Under the pieces are notes generated by a model. It was not told the origin of the DNA. It saw only the letters and a program-made list of their open reading frames with translations, and did not search any database. Made by a program: the position numbers and the translations under genes. A stretch of DNA of 64,000 nt from Trichoplax sp. H2 (taxonomy: Eukaryota), in the NCBI GenBank assembly GCA_003344405.1, contig NOWV01000101.1:62001-126000 (forward strand), read 5' to 3'. This document shows positions 27,463 to 41,900 of this stretch, piece by piece (position 1 is the first letter of the stretch; each line of letters starts with the position of its first letter).

Positions 27463-30400
27463 ATGGTTTTACAAAAGCGTAATAAAAAATTCACGAAATG
27501 GATACAGAATTTCCGGGTTAGATGCCGGCAGCAATTAGCCAAGGATATCGCTAGGTAGGGGCTGGATGCGTTATAAATAAATATCGACATCATGAATTAC
27601 TAGTCGACGGACTAGTGGAGTGAAGACGAACAATCAACGTTCACTGTTCTTGTTCAATATTAAATAGCTTTAACGTTACTGCCCTTATGCATTGTTAGCT
27701 AACTCGCTAAAAAAAATAACATTGTACTGTACTGTATATACATATATACTGTACACTCTTTGCAGATACATGTTCAAACGAGTGCTTTACTAAATGAAAT
27801 TACGTAACCTGCTGCAATGGAATGCTATACGAGTATTCCATACTGTACATGTGTCGCGATGAGGATATCAATTCCGACTAAAATGATTTCTATCGATACT
27901 GTAATTGTATTTGACTGAATGCCTCCAAACATCTGAAAGCTGCTTTACCGGATCTTGTGATGACAGTAGATCTCGGCCTATCTGGCCAGATACCGAAATA
28001 CGAGAATGCTACAAAATAGCCCATAGTCGATTATAATATACGTATAACTATTAGTATGCAAAATCATATCGATCATGGTTAAAGTCAGTCCTGCTACATT
28101 GTCGATTATGATATACGTATAGCTATTAGTACGCAAAAGTATATCGATCATGGTTAAAGTCAGTCCTGCTACATAGTCGATTGTAATATACGTATAGCTA
28201 TTTGTAGGCAAAAGCATATCGATCATGGTTAAAGTCAGTCCTGCTACATAATCGATTATAATATATGTATAACTATTAGTACGTAAAATCATATCGATCA
28301 TGGTTAAAGTCATTCACTGCTACTTAGTACCTAAAAAGTTTATAGAATGGGTAATACACGTATACAGCACTTATACACTTATACACTTATATTCCGTTGA
28401 GTTTATGCTCTTTTGTCCAACGCGTTTGTGAGTATATTGTACAATCGCTGCCATTTTAAAGTAACGATTATATCATTAAAGTCAATAAACTTACAGGAGA
28501 TATAAATCTTCCGTAAGCAATAAAAATTTTCTCTTAATTCTTGTAGCTTATGGTCATCTAACAACTGCAGCGATGTAATATTTCAGATTGCCGGAAATAG
28601 CATACGAGCCCATACTCCAATTCTAAAAGCTAGAACTCCACTATTTTATGATTGCTATGTCAAGGCAGCGACTGATAAAGATTATCCTATACCTATCGAT
28701 AATATCACTGTTGAGCAATTCAACCATTTTCTTAGGTTTGATTTCAAATAAATTAATGCTTGCTTTTATTGATTTAACCTACGTTGTCGTCTGTTTTTTT
28801 GCTTAGTAATGCAATGTTAGAAGGAATGATATTGTGAATGAGATATACGGTAAATTCGAAAGTGTAGCGTCTTGAAGTATTAAATTTTACCTTTTATCTA
28901 GCAATATGTCTTTAACGAGAGAGTAATAGCTTAGATTAAACCCGCTATTTAATAACTCAAGCCACCTAATACGGGAATGTGATATTTTATGATTAATGAG
29001 TTATGCAATTACTCATACAGACAGGTGTATTTGAATGATGAAGCTTGTGACATTGATCAGCTTGAAGGTGAATGGCTTACAGGTACACTTCAAGGAAAAT
29101 AGATAAATTATTTAATTAAATTCCCAGCCTTTGTTTTCATCATTTGAGTCGTAAACAACTAAGAGCGATAGATGTAATATAAGGCTTGACCTTATTTTAA
29201 AATTTAAAATACGGTACTGTTATGTTTATAGGCAAAGTTTTAACTGACAAGTCAGACCACGAAAACCTCGTATCCAATAACGATAACTGTTCGAATTTGA
29301 TAATAGACGGTTACAATATAACCGATGCTGCAACTTCTAGGCTTGGCAAAGACTTACTTAACCTATTTCAAGACAATCTTTCCGATGTCACACTGATTAT
29401 TGATGACGTGGAGCTAAAGTGTCATAAGTAATATTGCGACTACTGTATATTGCAATAATTTCAAGTTACAACGCTGAAGATTGTCAAGAACACTTTCAAT
29501 TCTTTCTATGTCAGTTGACACAGACCTTGCTATTTGTTGTTGTCTTACCAGATGCATATTATGTGCCCGATCTGAATACTTTAATGCGATGCTATCTGGT
29601 AGTTGGACTGAGAGTAATAACAATACTATCGAATTACATAGGTGAGATATATATCTATATAATGCGATTAAGTAAAATATAGATTCAAGCGGACTTGAAG
29701 GACAATTATTCGATATTAATAAGTGGTAACGACATTCCCTTATTTCGTTCTACTTATTACAGGGTTCATCCGTCAGCTATTACAGCTTTGCTGTATTATA
29801 TATACGGTGGCATCGTTGAATTACCATCAGCCACTGACTTAACGTTAGTCAAGACAGGATACGTTACTAACTGCGGTTTTTAAACTTAATTTAATTAATT
29901 CACTATAATGTCAATTAAAGAATGAATCATAACTTGTTACACAAAGTAATGTCGTAGCTTTATAATAAAATTTTCAACAAAGATTAGCGCATAAATTTAA
30001 TATGTAATTATTTACAGTTTCTTAGCTCCTATAGCTGATATGTACAATCTTGATGGCTTGAAAGATGTCGTTTCGTACACGTTTATGAGAGATTGGTGCA
30101 AATTTTTCGATAAGGTAGCCTCACTTAATGGTCTACATACGTACGTAAACCTGAATTAGTTTAGTAAATACATTATCAGTAACAGCGAAACTATAATCTG
30201 TTTCTAGTATTGGCAAATACATCAATTTTTTTGTCAGTTGTTATATTATGCTATTACTCTTTAGAACATGACATATTGCATTTTTATTTATTTTTTACTT
30301 ATGATGAAACTTACATTCCTACGTAATGACTAACTTGAGATACGATATCATTAATACAGTACTTCTTAATATTTACATATTCTCCTTATTTTATCTTGAG

Positions 30401-32982
30401 GTAAATAATGAATTAACCGACAATATTTCTCGATGTTTGGAAATTGCGGATACCTTTGGATTTGAATACCTTCGCGAATCTTGCATGGGGTTGGTATAAC
30501 CAGCATAACAGTTTTTACATAAGCTATCTGATTTTCGTATCTTACAGATAAATATCTACTGTAGATGGATCATTAAGAATTTTAACCGGGTATGGTGTAG
30601 CAAGAGCTTTGCAAAACTGCCAACAGAAATTCAGCAGGATGCCCTAAAACACATGCAAGAATTATTAGTGAGATATTTTTATTCAATAAATTTCGGTCAT
30701 AGGTTATTACGTGATTGATATCGATAATTATAATTAATAGATAGTATTAATAGCGGCCATGACTGCTATTAATAAAAGTACTTATTTTATATAATATTTT
30801 CAATCTAGGCATTGGATTCTGTCACTGATATCTTAAGAGGTTGTGACTATTTACTAGTTAACATGGCAGATGGAATTAAATGGACCGAAAATATACGCGA
30901 GATTACTACAACTTTACAGCAGAGTTGTTTAGATTTTATCTCAGCACGATTCAGGAATCTTATTCATCAACTGAACTTCCTTTCTTTATTTCGGGTACTA
31001 CGTACTTTGTATTATGTTGATTTGATCTACAGTAAACTTTAATCATTCTTTAGGGTATGGGAAAATCTGATAAAATAGTAAAGAATATATTCGATAACTT
31101 GGCTATGCAATTGACTCCGGACAACGTCTGCTCGCATTTTAATGCCATTGAGGAATTAAGGCATCAAACAAAACTTGAGGAATGGGAAGAAATGGTATGT
31201 GATGGATGTATGGCGAAGTCCTTCATTCATAGGAGTCTCGTATATTCGTAGGCGTATGCAAATGCTTCCCAGTTATCTTACAATCTTCTATTTGTGAAAT
31301 TATTTAGGATAGTATTACCCTGATTGAGGATTTTCATGCTAACTTGAAAAGGTTCATTAACAGCAACGCTGGAAGGGTTAGAACAAGTCCTGGCTGGAAT
31401 AGTTTATCACAAAAGCAACAGGAAGAATTAAAGCAAGGTATACATCTCTATAAAGATTATATTAGGATCACTATCTACCTTTTAGTATCAATTATTGATT
31501 AAACTGATTGATTGATTAGGGTTAGTAATTTTTGAAAATGGCGGAAGCAGAACTTCGAAGGTTCGACAATTTTTCTTATCTGATTTTATCTCTGATTATA
31601 GTGATACACCTTAAAAATTATAACTGTAAATTAACTAAAATCAAAAATCATAATAGATCGCTATCGGTAAAAATAATTTGGCCGGTAATCGTAGTGGCAA
31701 TAAAAGTAGCATTCGTTCGAAAAACATCGCAGTTACTCAACAGAATCACAGACTCGGGCAAAGAGGGAACAATTTAAATTTGATGCGTCCTCAACGTGGT
31801 ACTAATCACTCGAATCAAGGTAGCAGCAGATTACCAGTAACAGCTACTACATCTACAGCTGTAAATTCGATAGCAGGAAGATCAAACAATACCATGTCTC
31901 AATCTCGAAGAGTCTCAAATCCCTGTGGGTGGAATAGTCGTTCTACGCGAAGTACCGTCGATGCGAAAAGAGATCATTATTCTTCTAGGACTAAAGCGAC
32001 AGCTACTGTAACAGTAACATGCGATGCAAGCTGCTTACCGAAACGGAATGCATCCAAATTTAATCCAACCTTACAGACTAGGTCTGGATCGATAAAATTA
32101 AAACAAGCATCGTTGGATTCATCTAAATTACAGAACTTAGATGTAGGGCATCTTGATAGTAAATTGAATAAAAATGCTTCTAAATCAGCTAATGGAACTT
32201 CAAGAATTCCTATTAGAAACAAGCAAACTATAAATTATATAGGCAACGTTGACAATCAGCGACAGGGACAAGTTTCAAGAATTCCCAGAAATGTAGCACT
32301 GTCAAGATTAAGCCCTAGTAAATGTTTGCTATCGCGCTATCCGCTATTCCCATCTAATTCAGTTAAAATTTCTTCAACCATTATAAATCATTCTAATGGT
32401 GGTATAAGTGCAAGTACAGAGAAGATGAAAACTTCAAGTAATCCGGAATTAGCGGTTACGACGTATCGACCAAATATGGTGAGCCCTGATTCTATGAATG
32501 AGGCAAAAGATCCAATTAATAGTGCTTCTGTATCGACAGCTGTAAAAAACAAGCTAGAAATGAATATCTCGGATGCTGCTATGAAGCTTCAAATAACAAA
32601 GAATTGCGAAGAAAGTTCGACGGAGAATAAACAATTTTTTTCTGAAGAGTTAAGTAATAGTTCCATGACGATCCAGCCACCAGTAAAGGCTACATGCAGT
32701 GAAGAAAACTCGTATGAAGATCATACATCATTGGATATTAGTTCTGATTTATGCTTAGAATTAGTTGCGGATTTGAATGTAAGAGACTTTGAGACTCCAG
32801 CGCAATCTCTACCGGATGAAATAGAAAAAGAAATAACCACAACTTGCACCCATTCCGATGAAGATGTAGACATAAATGCTATGGAATCGTCGTATGATAG
32901 AGCGAGCCAAGAGCTATTGGACGCTTTCTCTGAAGGGAATGAGCAAGATCCTGAAAGTAGAGTATATCAAAATCTCCAGTAG
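27463..32982 (+). CDS. BTBD8: BTB/POZ domain-containing protein 8 (two BTB domains, helical region, long disordered tail)
   Basis: Exon 1 MVLQKRNKK...QQLAKDIA(S) splices to LWSSNNCSDVIFQIAGNSIRAHTPILKAR (BTB1). BTB2 reads SRLGKDLLNLF...SDVTLIIDDVELKCHK|CILCARSEYFNAMLSGSWTES...YIYGG...ADMYNLDGLKDVV...RDWCKFF. The terminal exon is the 31678-32982 ORF. Confidence 0.85.
28022..28322. repeat. Intronic minisatellite, 4 x 75 bp, in BTBD8 intron 1
   Basis: Unit CATAGTCGATTATAATATACGTAT...ATCGATCATGGTTAAAGTCAGTCCTGCTA starts at 28022, 28097, 28172 and 28247. Confidence 0.92.
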
Positions 32983-34954
32983 AAAGTGTAGATAACGAAG
33001 AAGGGATGGAACTGTTGCGTTGGTCTACATATTCTTTTCGCACTTTTATTTCGAATTTTAAAAGTTATCCCTATATATTCGATAGTCAATGAAGTCACCA
33101 TTGCAAGTATCAGGGCTTATGGAGTTCGAGTCTGATTTGAGCAAAGAAGTAAAGAATTCTTTTATATAAAACCAGAGTACGGACTAACTAGGTCGATAGT
33201 CCAAGTATATTATACGTGTGAATAGTATGAAGATGTACGGAGAAAAACGAAAAAGAGGTCCTAAGAATATGTGACATGGCCATATTGGGAAATAAAGGGA
33301 TAGTTCATTGGCTATATCTTATATAAGTGAACATTTAAACCTTACTAATAGGAAACTCGAGTGTATAAAGGCTCTATTATGATAAGAATAATGGATAAAG
33401 ATTAGCATTGCGTATACCGTTTGTGTATTCTTTCTGGCTCTTTTGTAAAATATCTATAGTACAGAAATGCTGTGATAGATATTAATAAACAAATAATGTA
33501 CTATGCTATTATATAATTGTCTGTATGTATACCCTATTTGTCTAGGTTTGTGATGCCAGTTATACTCGTATAAGTATTGAATTTACTCGCATTATAAATT
33601 TTTGTTACTTACGCTTGCGATCTTTAATGGCTCATGCAGTGGGCTAAGTCAAATTTTTATGCTCTGGTTTCGTACGACTGCGAATTTATATAAGGAAGAG
33701 ACTATCAATTGCAGAATAGATTTATAAATTTATAAATTGTATATCTGATTCATAGTATATCAAAATGTTATAAAAGTTGAGATTATCTTCGTAACAATTG
33801 ACTGCGGAACTACGATTGTTTTATTTATCACTTGTTTCGTATGCATTATCAAATTTTCAAGCCATTGGTATTGCTATAGGGTTTATCCTATTACGTTTAT
33901 TCGTGCGGTTCTCAAAGCCAAATGAAGAGTCGCTGCGGTGTTACCTTTAGTAAGGGCCAGCTGCTTATTACGACGCATAAAATATTGTTTAACATACTGT
34001 ACTACATGTACAATGAGTGTATATCATATAATAGATATCAAGATTTAAATTTTAGTTTTTTGATAATTTAATATTAGAATATAAATTATATTAATATGCT
34101 TAGCTACAATTCTATCTTCAGAATTAAAATAGCGATACAGCATGTACTTCATTTATGCTTTCTTCAGTATTTTTATTTTTGTACGTGCATGTGCGACATT
34201 GTACGTATTATAAGCATGTAAGACTTTGGTTGTATGCAGTGGTTTACGATCACAGACTCTATACTGTACTTGGACCATATTCGTAGGCTCTTTTGAATGT
34301 TTTTGTAGATGTACGTATAGTGGTATTACACATTACTATAGATTTATTGAGCACAGAGTGATGCTGGTGGAGTTAATAGTTATAAGAGACAACAATTTTT
34401 GCAATTTTCTGTTCTTATTATTACTGTTGTGGACTAGTGTATCTATCTCCATCTTATAATACATTGCATTATAGTGCTCCACTATTTTCGGCCCTAACCG
34501 AAGCAGTCTATATACTGGCACAAGAACATCGTGAATGTAATTAAAAAATCAAGTAGAAAGAGTTTACAGTAAGCGAGAAAGAGAGTAAGGGAACATATAC
34601 ATAACCGACAGTAAAGTAAAAGTTTGAAGCAACCATTGTGCAATAGATGATTTTATATTATTCAAGAAAGATTGACTACAGAATAATAACGTTCTAATAT
34701 ACTGTAATTTTTGTGCAAACATAAGCACAAACACATAGAAATAAGAGGTAAAACACCAAAAATAAATGATCGCACGAAATGGAAATAAATTTCGACATTT
34801 ACGTAATCGATCTTCGTTTTTAAGAATCTCGCGAGGATCTCTTAATACGGTACTATACAGAACGAGACTACTGACAGACGCAGAACATTGACAATGACGC
34901 AGGTTCATAAAGATCAGTCTGTCCGTGTCTGTCCACAAGTGCCCTGATGTAAAC

Positions 34955-37633
34955 ATGGAGAGCTATGAGAAATTAGTTAAGATTGGAGAAGGTATTGGCA
35001 ATTGGGCAAGATAGCGTTTCAACTGAATAAAATTATGTCAATTACTAGTCAATATCTTTAATAACCTAACTAATATGATTCTCGTTCGTTAATTCTTGTA
35101 TAGGAACATATGGAACTGTCTATAAAGCTGTCAATCATGACACTGGTGAAATTGTCGCGTTAAAAAAAGTTCGTATAGATGATGAAAATGAGGTAAATCA
35201 AATGATATGTATACACAATACGCAAAATGTCGACATAAATAACTGATCAAGTATACACAACATCGGCGATGAAGTTTAGAGATTTGTGTATCGATAGAGT
35301 TCGGCAAATGATTCGTTACGTATCGCAACCAGTATTTTGTGAAACGATATCATTGTGTTGTTTTGCTGAATCGTCCACAAATTTTACTATGGCTTCTTTA
35401 ACGTACGAGCCAGACATCTTTCGTTTAAATCGTTGATGGAATACACGTATTCACTGCTGTCATATTGATTTTTGTGTCGTTAGGGAATTCCAAGTTTTGC
35501 ATTACGTGAGATCTGTTTGCTAAAAGAATTAAAACATAAAAACATTGTCATGTGAGTATCATGGAAGTAACCGTGAACAGTAATAATAATAATTATTATT
35601 GTACGATAGTAAGGAAATGATATTATCATCATTGCTTTGCATTTTGTAACCTTACTACTTTATGCCATTTACATGTTCAATAGATGAGTTTACAACTTGG
35701 TAGTTTTATAATTATAACAATTAATTCATTATGATAGAGTAAAGACTACTGTTTAAAGATATTATTTGCTATGAAAAGTAGCATATTGTTCGAGACGCTG
35801 AGTAAACTGTGTTGCGACTGACTGTAAAACTTTCAATTAAACGACTACAGTAACGTCTAGCGTATTCATGTAGAAATTTTAGGTAGTAAAATTTGAGTAA
35901 ATTATAACTATCGATATCTATGAAGCGAATTTACCTTTATGTAACTCAATTTGACATTCATAATCGCTCCTGCTTAGGCTCTATGACGTTATCCATGGAA
36001 ATAAAGAATTGATGATAGTATTTGAATACTGCGATCAGGTTAGGATAGCTATGGCTTTATCTTATGAACTTATTACCAGATCATGATTCTATATGTGATT
36101 GTGATTCTACAATTCTGTGCAATAATTACGATAAATAGCCCTACTGTATCCTATACGGTATGTCAGTAAGGCAGTAGAGAAGATATTGATTATTATTAAT
36201 AAGAGGAGCCATGCTCCTATCAATCATTCCTTGGGCTAACCTTTTAGTTTCTTATAAGATCAAATTACATTCATGTTTTTTTCTTCTTGTCTATCATAGG
36301 ACCTTAAGCGATATTGTGATGCTTGCCAGGGCAAGATTGATCCTAGTATAGTACAAGTTAGTACTGTTGATTCGTAAGATTAAATGATAACATTGAATTA
36401 AATAAATTGCTTTCCTATCCGTAGTCCTTTACGAATCAGTTATTGCAAGGATTGGCGTATTGTCATAGTCATCATATATTACATCGTGATATCACACCTC
36501 AAAACATTTTAGTTACAGGGGTAAGTTGCATATATCAAAAGTCACTCATACTAGCTACTTTGGTAGTAGTTACATAATTTTATTCTTTCGTAATAAAAGT
36601 TGTATTGATGTAGAATTTATCCAAATAATCAACCATTATCAGCTCTGTCCCTATTACTAAGCTCAAAAACATGCTATTAATTAGTTACCTAACTAATTCT
36701 CGCTAAATAGAATGGAGATATTAAATTGGCAGATTTCGGCCTGGCGAGAAATTTCGGAATTCCTGTCAAGTCGTTTTCGGCTGAGGTAGCATAAAATTGC
36801 AACATTGCACATGCTTTATTAATTGATTTTTAATTAGTGATTGATTGGCTACCCTATTAGGTAGTTACATTATGGTACCGATCGCCTGATGTGCTACTGG
36901 GCGCCACCCTGTATGATACATCCATTGATATTTGGTCTACTGGCTGTATTTTTGCTGGTAGGTTTAGGATAAAATGGATTATGTAGAGTTGTTAAGGAGT
37001 ATTGTAGAATAGTATAATTCGGTTATATTATCTCTTGATTTAGAACTTTCCAATGGCGGACAGCCGTTGCTCCCTGGTAAAGACGTTGCTGATCAGTTAA
37101 AAATTATATTCAAGTAAGAAATAGTCTCATTTGAAATCATGGAATATTACTTCTTGCAATCGATATACTATAAAATGATTTCTATTTTTAAGAATCTTTG
37201 GAACCCCAAATGAGCAAATTTGGCCCGGTGTTTCTCAATTAATGAAGGATAAAGTAACATCGTTTTATTGGATAGTTTATTAGTTTTCCATTGTAAACTT
37301 GCATTAATTGTTCTTTAAATTTAAACTAGGATTATCCTTCATACAATGCAATGTCCATTTTACATGTAGTGCCAAATCTAAATCAGTTAGGATGCGATCT
37401 TTTCCAGGTAGATAGAGAAGACGCTGACGCCACATAGCGTATTTTGTCGCGTAACATTTATGATATCAGCGACTGTAGCATACTACGTCTTGACTACAAT
37501 TTAATTTGGAAATTAATTAAATATTGTTTATCCTACTTAGCTGATGATGGTTTTAGATCCATCGAAACGTTGCACAGCGGAACAAGCCCTTCAGCACGCT
37601 TACTTTAAGGGTGTTTCCGAAGGCTATACATGA
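34955..37633 (+). CDS. CDK5: Cyclin-dependent kinase 5-like (divergent)
   Basis: [21 protein letters not shown]...[35 protein letters not shown]...FEYCDQ|DLK...HRDITPQN...[36 protein letters not shown]...[12 protein letters not shown]. The FEYCDQDLK, GIPV..SAE and ELxNxGxPL segments are CDK5-type. Stop TGA at 37631-37633. Confidence 0.85.
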
Positions 37634-38826
37634 GTCCGTTACTGAAGAAAGTCTACTCTCACTTTTTCTCTCTTGACTGGGTACCTTCTTCTCAATTATG
37701 CACGACCTAAATTTTCCTTCCTTCTTGAGCGAACTGTAATTTACACAGTAAATCATGCTTGGCTTACTTCATGAAATATTATTACCTCGCAATTTTGAAT
37801 TATCTTGAACTGTTTATACTTTCAAAGTAATGAATGGTTACCTATATCTAGCTTACTCTCAATTTTCTAGAATAATCAATTCTGTAGAGTTCGATAGGGT
37901 AAATTATAACTATATATACTGTATATATATACATAGTTGGTAAAAATTACATTTTTATATAAAAAGTACTCTGATTTATATTTTCCTGATCTAAATCGAG
38001 TGTACGAATATATATATATACAGTACAGTATAAAGATAGATATAGATAACATATACAGTATATATATAATGCAGGTATTATGTGCAGGATATTGCATTAT
38101 CAACGACTATGCGATCACTTTGAGGGTGTAAAGCTGCAAAGTGCTATCTGTATTTAGTAAAGTGATTGTGAACGGATGCAAAATTTAATGTCATTGGAAA
38201 CAGTGTTGGCCTACATTCAAATTTTGCTTAAAACTAGGCCTTGGTATTGAAAACTACAGTATGTGTGTGTGTGTACGGTAGGCCGGTAGAACAGTACTAT
38301 TTCAACTTGCTTTATTTGATTCTTTCTACAAGTAGTTCATTGAACCATCAAAAGTGATGGAACTAAAATGGCATTTTCTGGTTTAGTTTGGCTATTAAAA
38401 ATCGTGAAAGGTTTCCAACCTCAATCAGCCAATCGTGATCATAAACAAGTGCAGTTGTAGCATAGCTGAAGCATGTGACTGTTATTGCTGAGCCGACCCG
38501 CAGTGTGTCACTAGTGACGCAATAATTCAGATACAGACAGATAATACTATCAGCATTTAATTATCAGTAATCACGTTCGCCCAGCGTCGATCGACAGTAA
38601 TCTCATTCGCACAGCATGATATGCATTCAGTGTGTATATCGGTGAAATTGAATTGAGTATGGCGCAAGTGCTGACATTTGTATTGAGCGAAAAGTCCCGA
38701 CATAGGTGCCGACCGTAATGAGCAATATTGAGCAAGTCAAATCACTAGCCAAAATGACGTCACGTGCCCACAGACGATGATTTACCATTAGTACTTGTAC
38801 TGTAGTTCATGGCCATATCAATATCA

Positions 38827-38927
38827 GGGACTACTCAACGATTTTTCTTTCTCCCCGTTATGATTAACAACACTTACAAAATAAGTTACAGTATTCAGGG
38901 AGAAAAAAAAAATCGTTGAGTGATCCC
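38827..38927. mobile_element. About 100-bp MITE-like inverted repeat
   Basis: GGGACTACTCAACGATTTTTCTTTCTCCC pairs imperfectly with GGGAGAAAAAAAAAATCGTTGAGTGATCCC (about 29-bp arms); no clear TSD. Confidence 0.5.
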
Positions 38928-41900
38928 AGTCAATGTACTGTACAGTACAGTACGTGGATACAGTTCTGTACTGTAATTTTAAAGTGAACCGTCAGGGGCC
39001 GTCACTTTTGTCAACACGTAATAATCCAAATTGACGTAATCGTACGTAAAAAGAAAGAGAGTGAAACCCGGAAATGGTCGGTCTTTCAGTACTGTACAGT
39101 AAAAAATGTCCTGGCTGGGTATTTTTTTACTGTACCGTGTGTCTGCAACCCTACACTATACTATCTAGGTGGAGTGCCAGGTTGAGTTCGGTACGGTTCC
39201 AACGATAGAATGGAGTAGAGTGACACCGAAAAATAATATAATGAGGGCGTCTATTGTTGTACTGTACCGGTCAAGTCTAGCGACTGCACGAACTGTACTG
39301 TATTCTGTATACGGTATTTACATACATGCGCGCGTTTATACAGTATATATATATATACAGTATCTCTCTCTCTACACAGTTATTTATCGTTGCTTGCCTT
39401 GGTGTTTTGCAACATTCCACTGCATGAATTCAATTTCACTGGCAGTCTTGCTCCCAAAATTGGATCCTTTCCATTCAATCTCCCAGTGGATTCTTACTAT
39501 TTACAGGTATAGAAGTAGTTTAAAAGAGAGAGAGAAAAAGTAAAACTATTTTTTCTAAGGATGCTTTAATCAATGGATTGATTCTTGTTGATGACTGTAT
39601 CATTGTTGTCCATGCCATGGAAAAGTTGGAAATCCTATTTTCCATTCCTTATCATCCAATGACAGTAGTCAAGGGGGTTAATCATAGCTTGCCAGCATGG
39701 CGATATCGACCATCTTGAAGGCCTATTTGTCCTTCTGTACCAATTTTATGTTGTTTTTCTTGTACCATTTCTTATGCGCGTCTATTTTCTTCTGAAGTTT
39801 CAACGTTGGAAACGAGAATTGATCAATATTGTACAGTACGTCCACAACGACCGTAACGATCAAAATATTTTTACAAACATTGAATTATACAGTACATCAT
39901 GGATGGAGCGATTTGACCATCCTTCTACAATATACTGTGTATCAGTCATTGACAGCACAGCGGAAGAAAAGTATGAGATGATAGATTGAAGTCCATTTCA
40001 CTGACTGAGTCAAGTAGATCGGTGGTGTTGGAATTGTCTCATTTTGGGGCCAATGACTACATACTATATAATTGACTTGAAACTACAATTCTTCTTTATG
40101 TACAGTATTCAAGTAACAAGTGCCCATACGTATTCATTAGTACTGTACTGTACTTGCGTCAGTCCATTATCCTATTGATTGGATTAGGCTACCATCAATG
40201 ATGTTTTGAATTCTAGGTCAACATAGCAAATTTATTTCTCATCAGTCATGCTTAGCAATTCCTAAATGGATTGCACAGGATCGCCTGTAGCGCAACGGAT
40301 ACCGCCTTCCATTGCAAATTATGCTATCCTTGTCATATAGGATTGAAAAAAGACGATACAGTTAGTTCTGTCGTGCGGTACTGAAGCACATGAAAATTGG
40401 ATGGCAATAACTTTTACCTCGATGCAATAATTGATAGGTCTTTCTTTCATGCTATCACTAAGCCAATTTACTATACAATCGACTTGATCCGACTGTTTGT
40501 AGTAGTTGTTAACGTTGTTAACGTGAAATAATTCTATTAACAGATCAATTTACTGCGTTTTTATCCTTCATTCCCAGTTCGACTGTATCACAGACCACTC
40601 GGTCAATCGAGACTGTATAGTACTGTACAGTATAAAGGCATCTCTCTTATCAGAAGTTCACCGTTAAAATATCTTGCATCACTGAATTACTTTCCATTAA
40701 TTAACGGATCAATTTACTGCATTTTTGTCTGTCATTCCCATTTCTACCGTACTCTACAGTGTACACGCCACCATGTCTCTTATCAACACCATAGAAGTAC
40801 AGTATAAAGTCGCCTTACGATTTTATTACAATCATAGCGGCGACATTAAATGATGTTGTACTGTACTGTGCTGTACAGCATTACTTGCATTGGCCTTTAG
40901 GAGTACTATCGATTTTTATCGGGTGATGGACGTTTTACTTTTTAGTACTTTTTAATTAATTAATTAAATCATAGCCTTCATCATGCTTATGATATATTCG
41001 CATGGCGATGCACTCCTTCAAAGTTCGCCAAAAATGAAATGGTACTGTTTCGTAGTAAATTGTGTATGATGACAAATATGCTTTATTAGAAAACTACCTA
41101 TAGTAACATCAGCATTGATATTTCATTTCGTCATTCATGCTGTTGCAAATTTTTTTATTGCTAAAGGTATTAGGAACGATAGCAAAGTCAACATTTACAT
41201 ACCTTTAACCGTACGTTGATACATATTCCAGTCGTATAATTTACTGGATTACAGTGTATCACAATACAGATAGAGCGTACTTGACTCTTGCTCAATAGGC
41301 AAAGTTCTAATGTGTATGGGAGAAATATTGCGCCGAAATAGTCTGTATTTTGGCAACTTCAAGATAGATAATTGTAATGAAAATTGACCCTGATGGCTGT
41401 TTGATTAATTAAAATAAAATAAATAATGTAACAAATATAAGACAGTAATACGGATGAGCTTTACACCAATCTGCTCTATGGGATCTTATTTTTGAATTTT
41501 CCACCTGGCAGTTGTTAAAATAGAGTACGCTTATGTACGTACTGTATATACTGTATATACCGACAAAATACCTATTTATTTCATACACTGGCATACATTT
41601 AATGTGGCATACCGTTGACATTACAGTTTAGATTCATGCTTGAGCAGATTGCATGTGTTCCTATCACTAGCAGTAAGTTGCACGATGGCGTTTCACCTGC
41701 ATACATACGTGCATTAAACTCTCAGTTTTGTTGGGACATTCATCTTGGACAATATCGTGCAACAAGTTTATACCTGAGTGATCTACCTTGACCTTTGAAT
41801 TGTTTTTTTAGTACGTCTTGCATAGACGGTGATAAATTATAGAAGGATGTCACAAGTAGAAGCCCTATACTTTTTCGTAAACTGACTACGATGATGTAAT

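Larger units (their letters stand above)
25269..27609. repeat. Gap-separated duplicate of the BTBD8 promoter and exon 1 (copy A 25269-25938, copy B 26323-27609); probable co-assembled haplotypes
   Basis: Near-identical sequence on either side of N runs (25939-25988, 26303-26322). Both copies contain exon 1 (25792-25883 and 27463-27554). They differ by TE insertions, TACAG/TACTG units and a few point changes. Confidence 0.85.

Noticed and set aside
28022-28322. CRISPR-like array
   Set aside because: Units are contiguous with no unique spacers, the context is a eukaryotic intron, and there are no cas genes.
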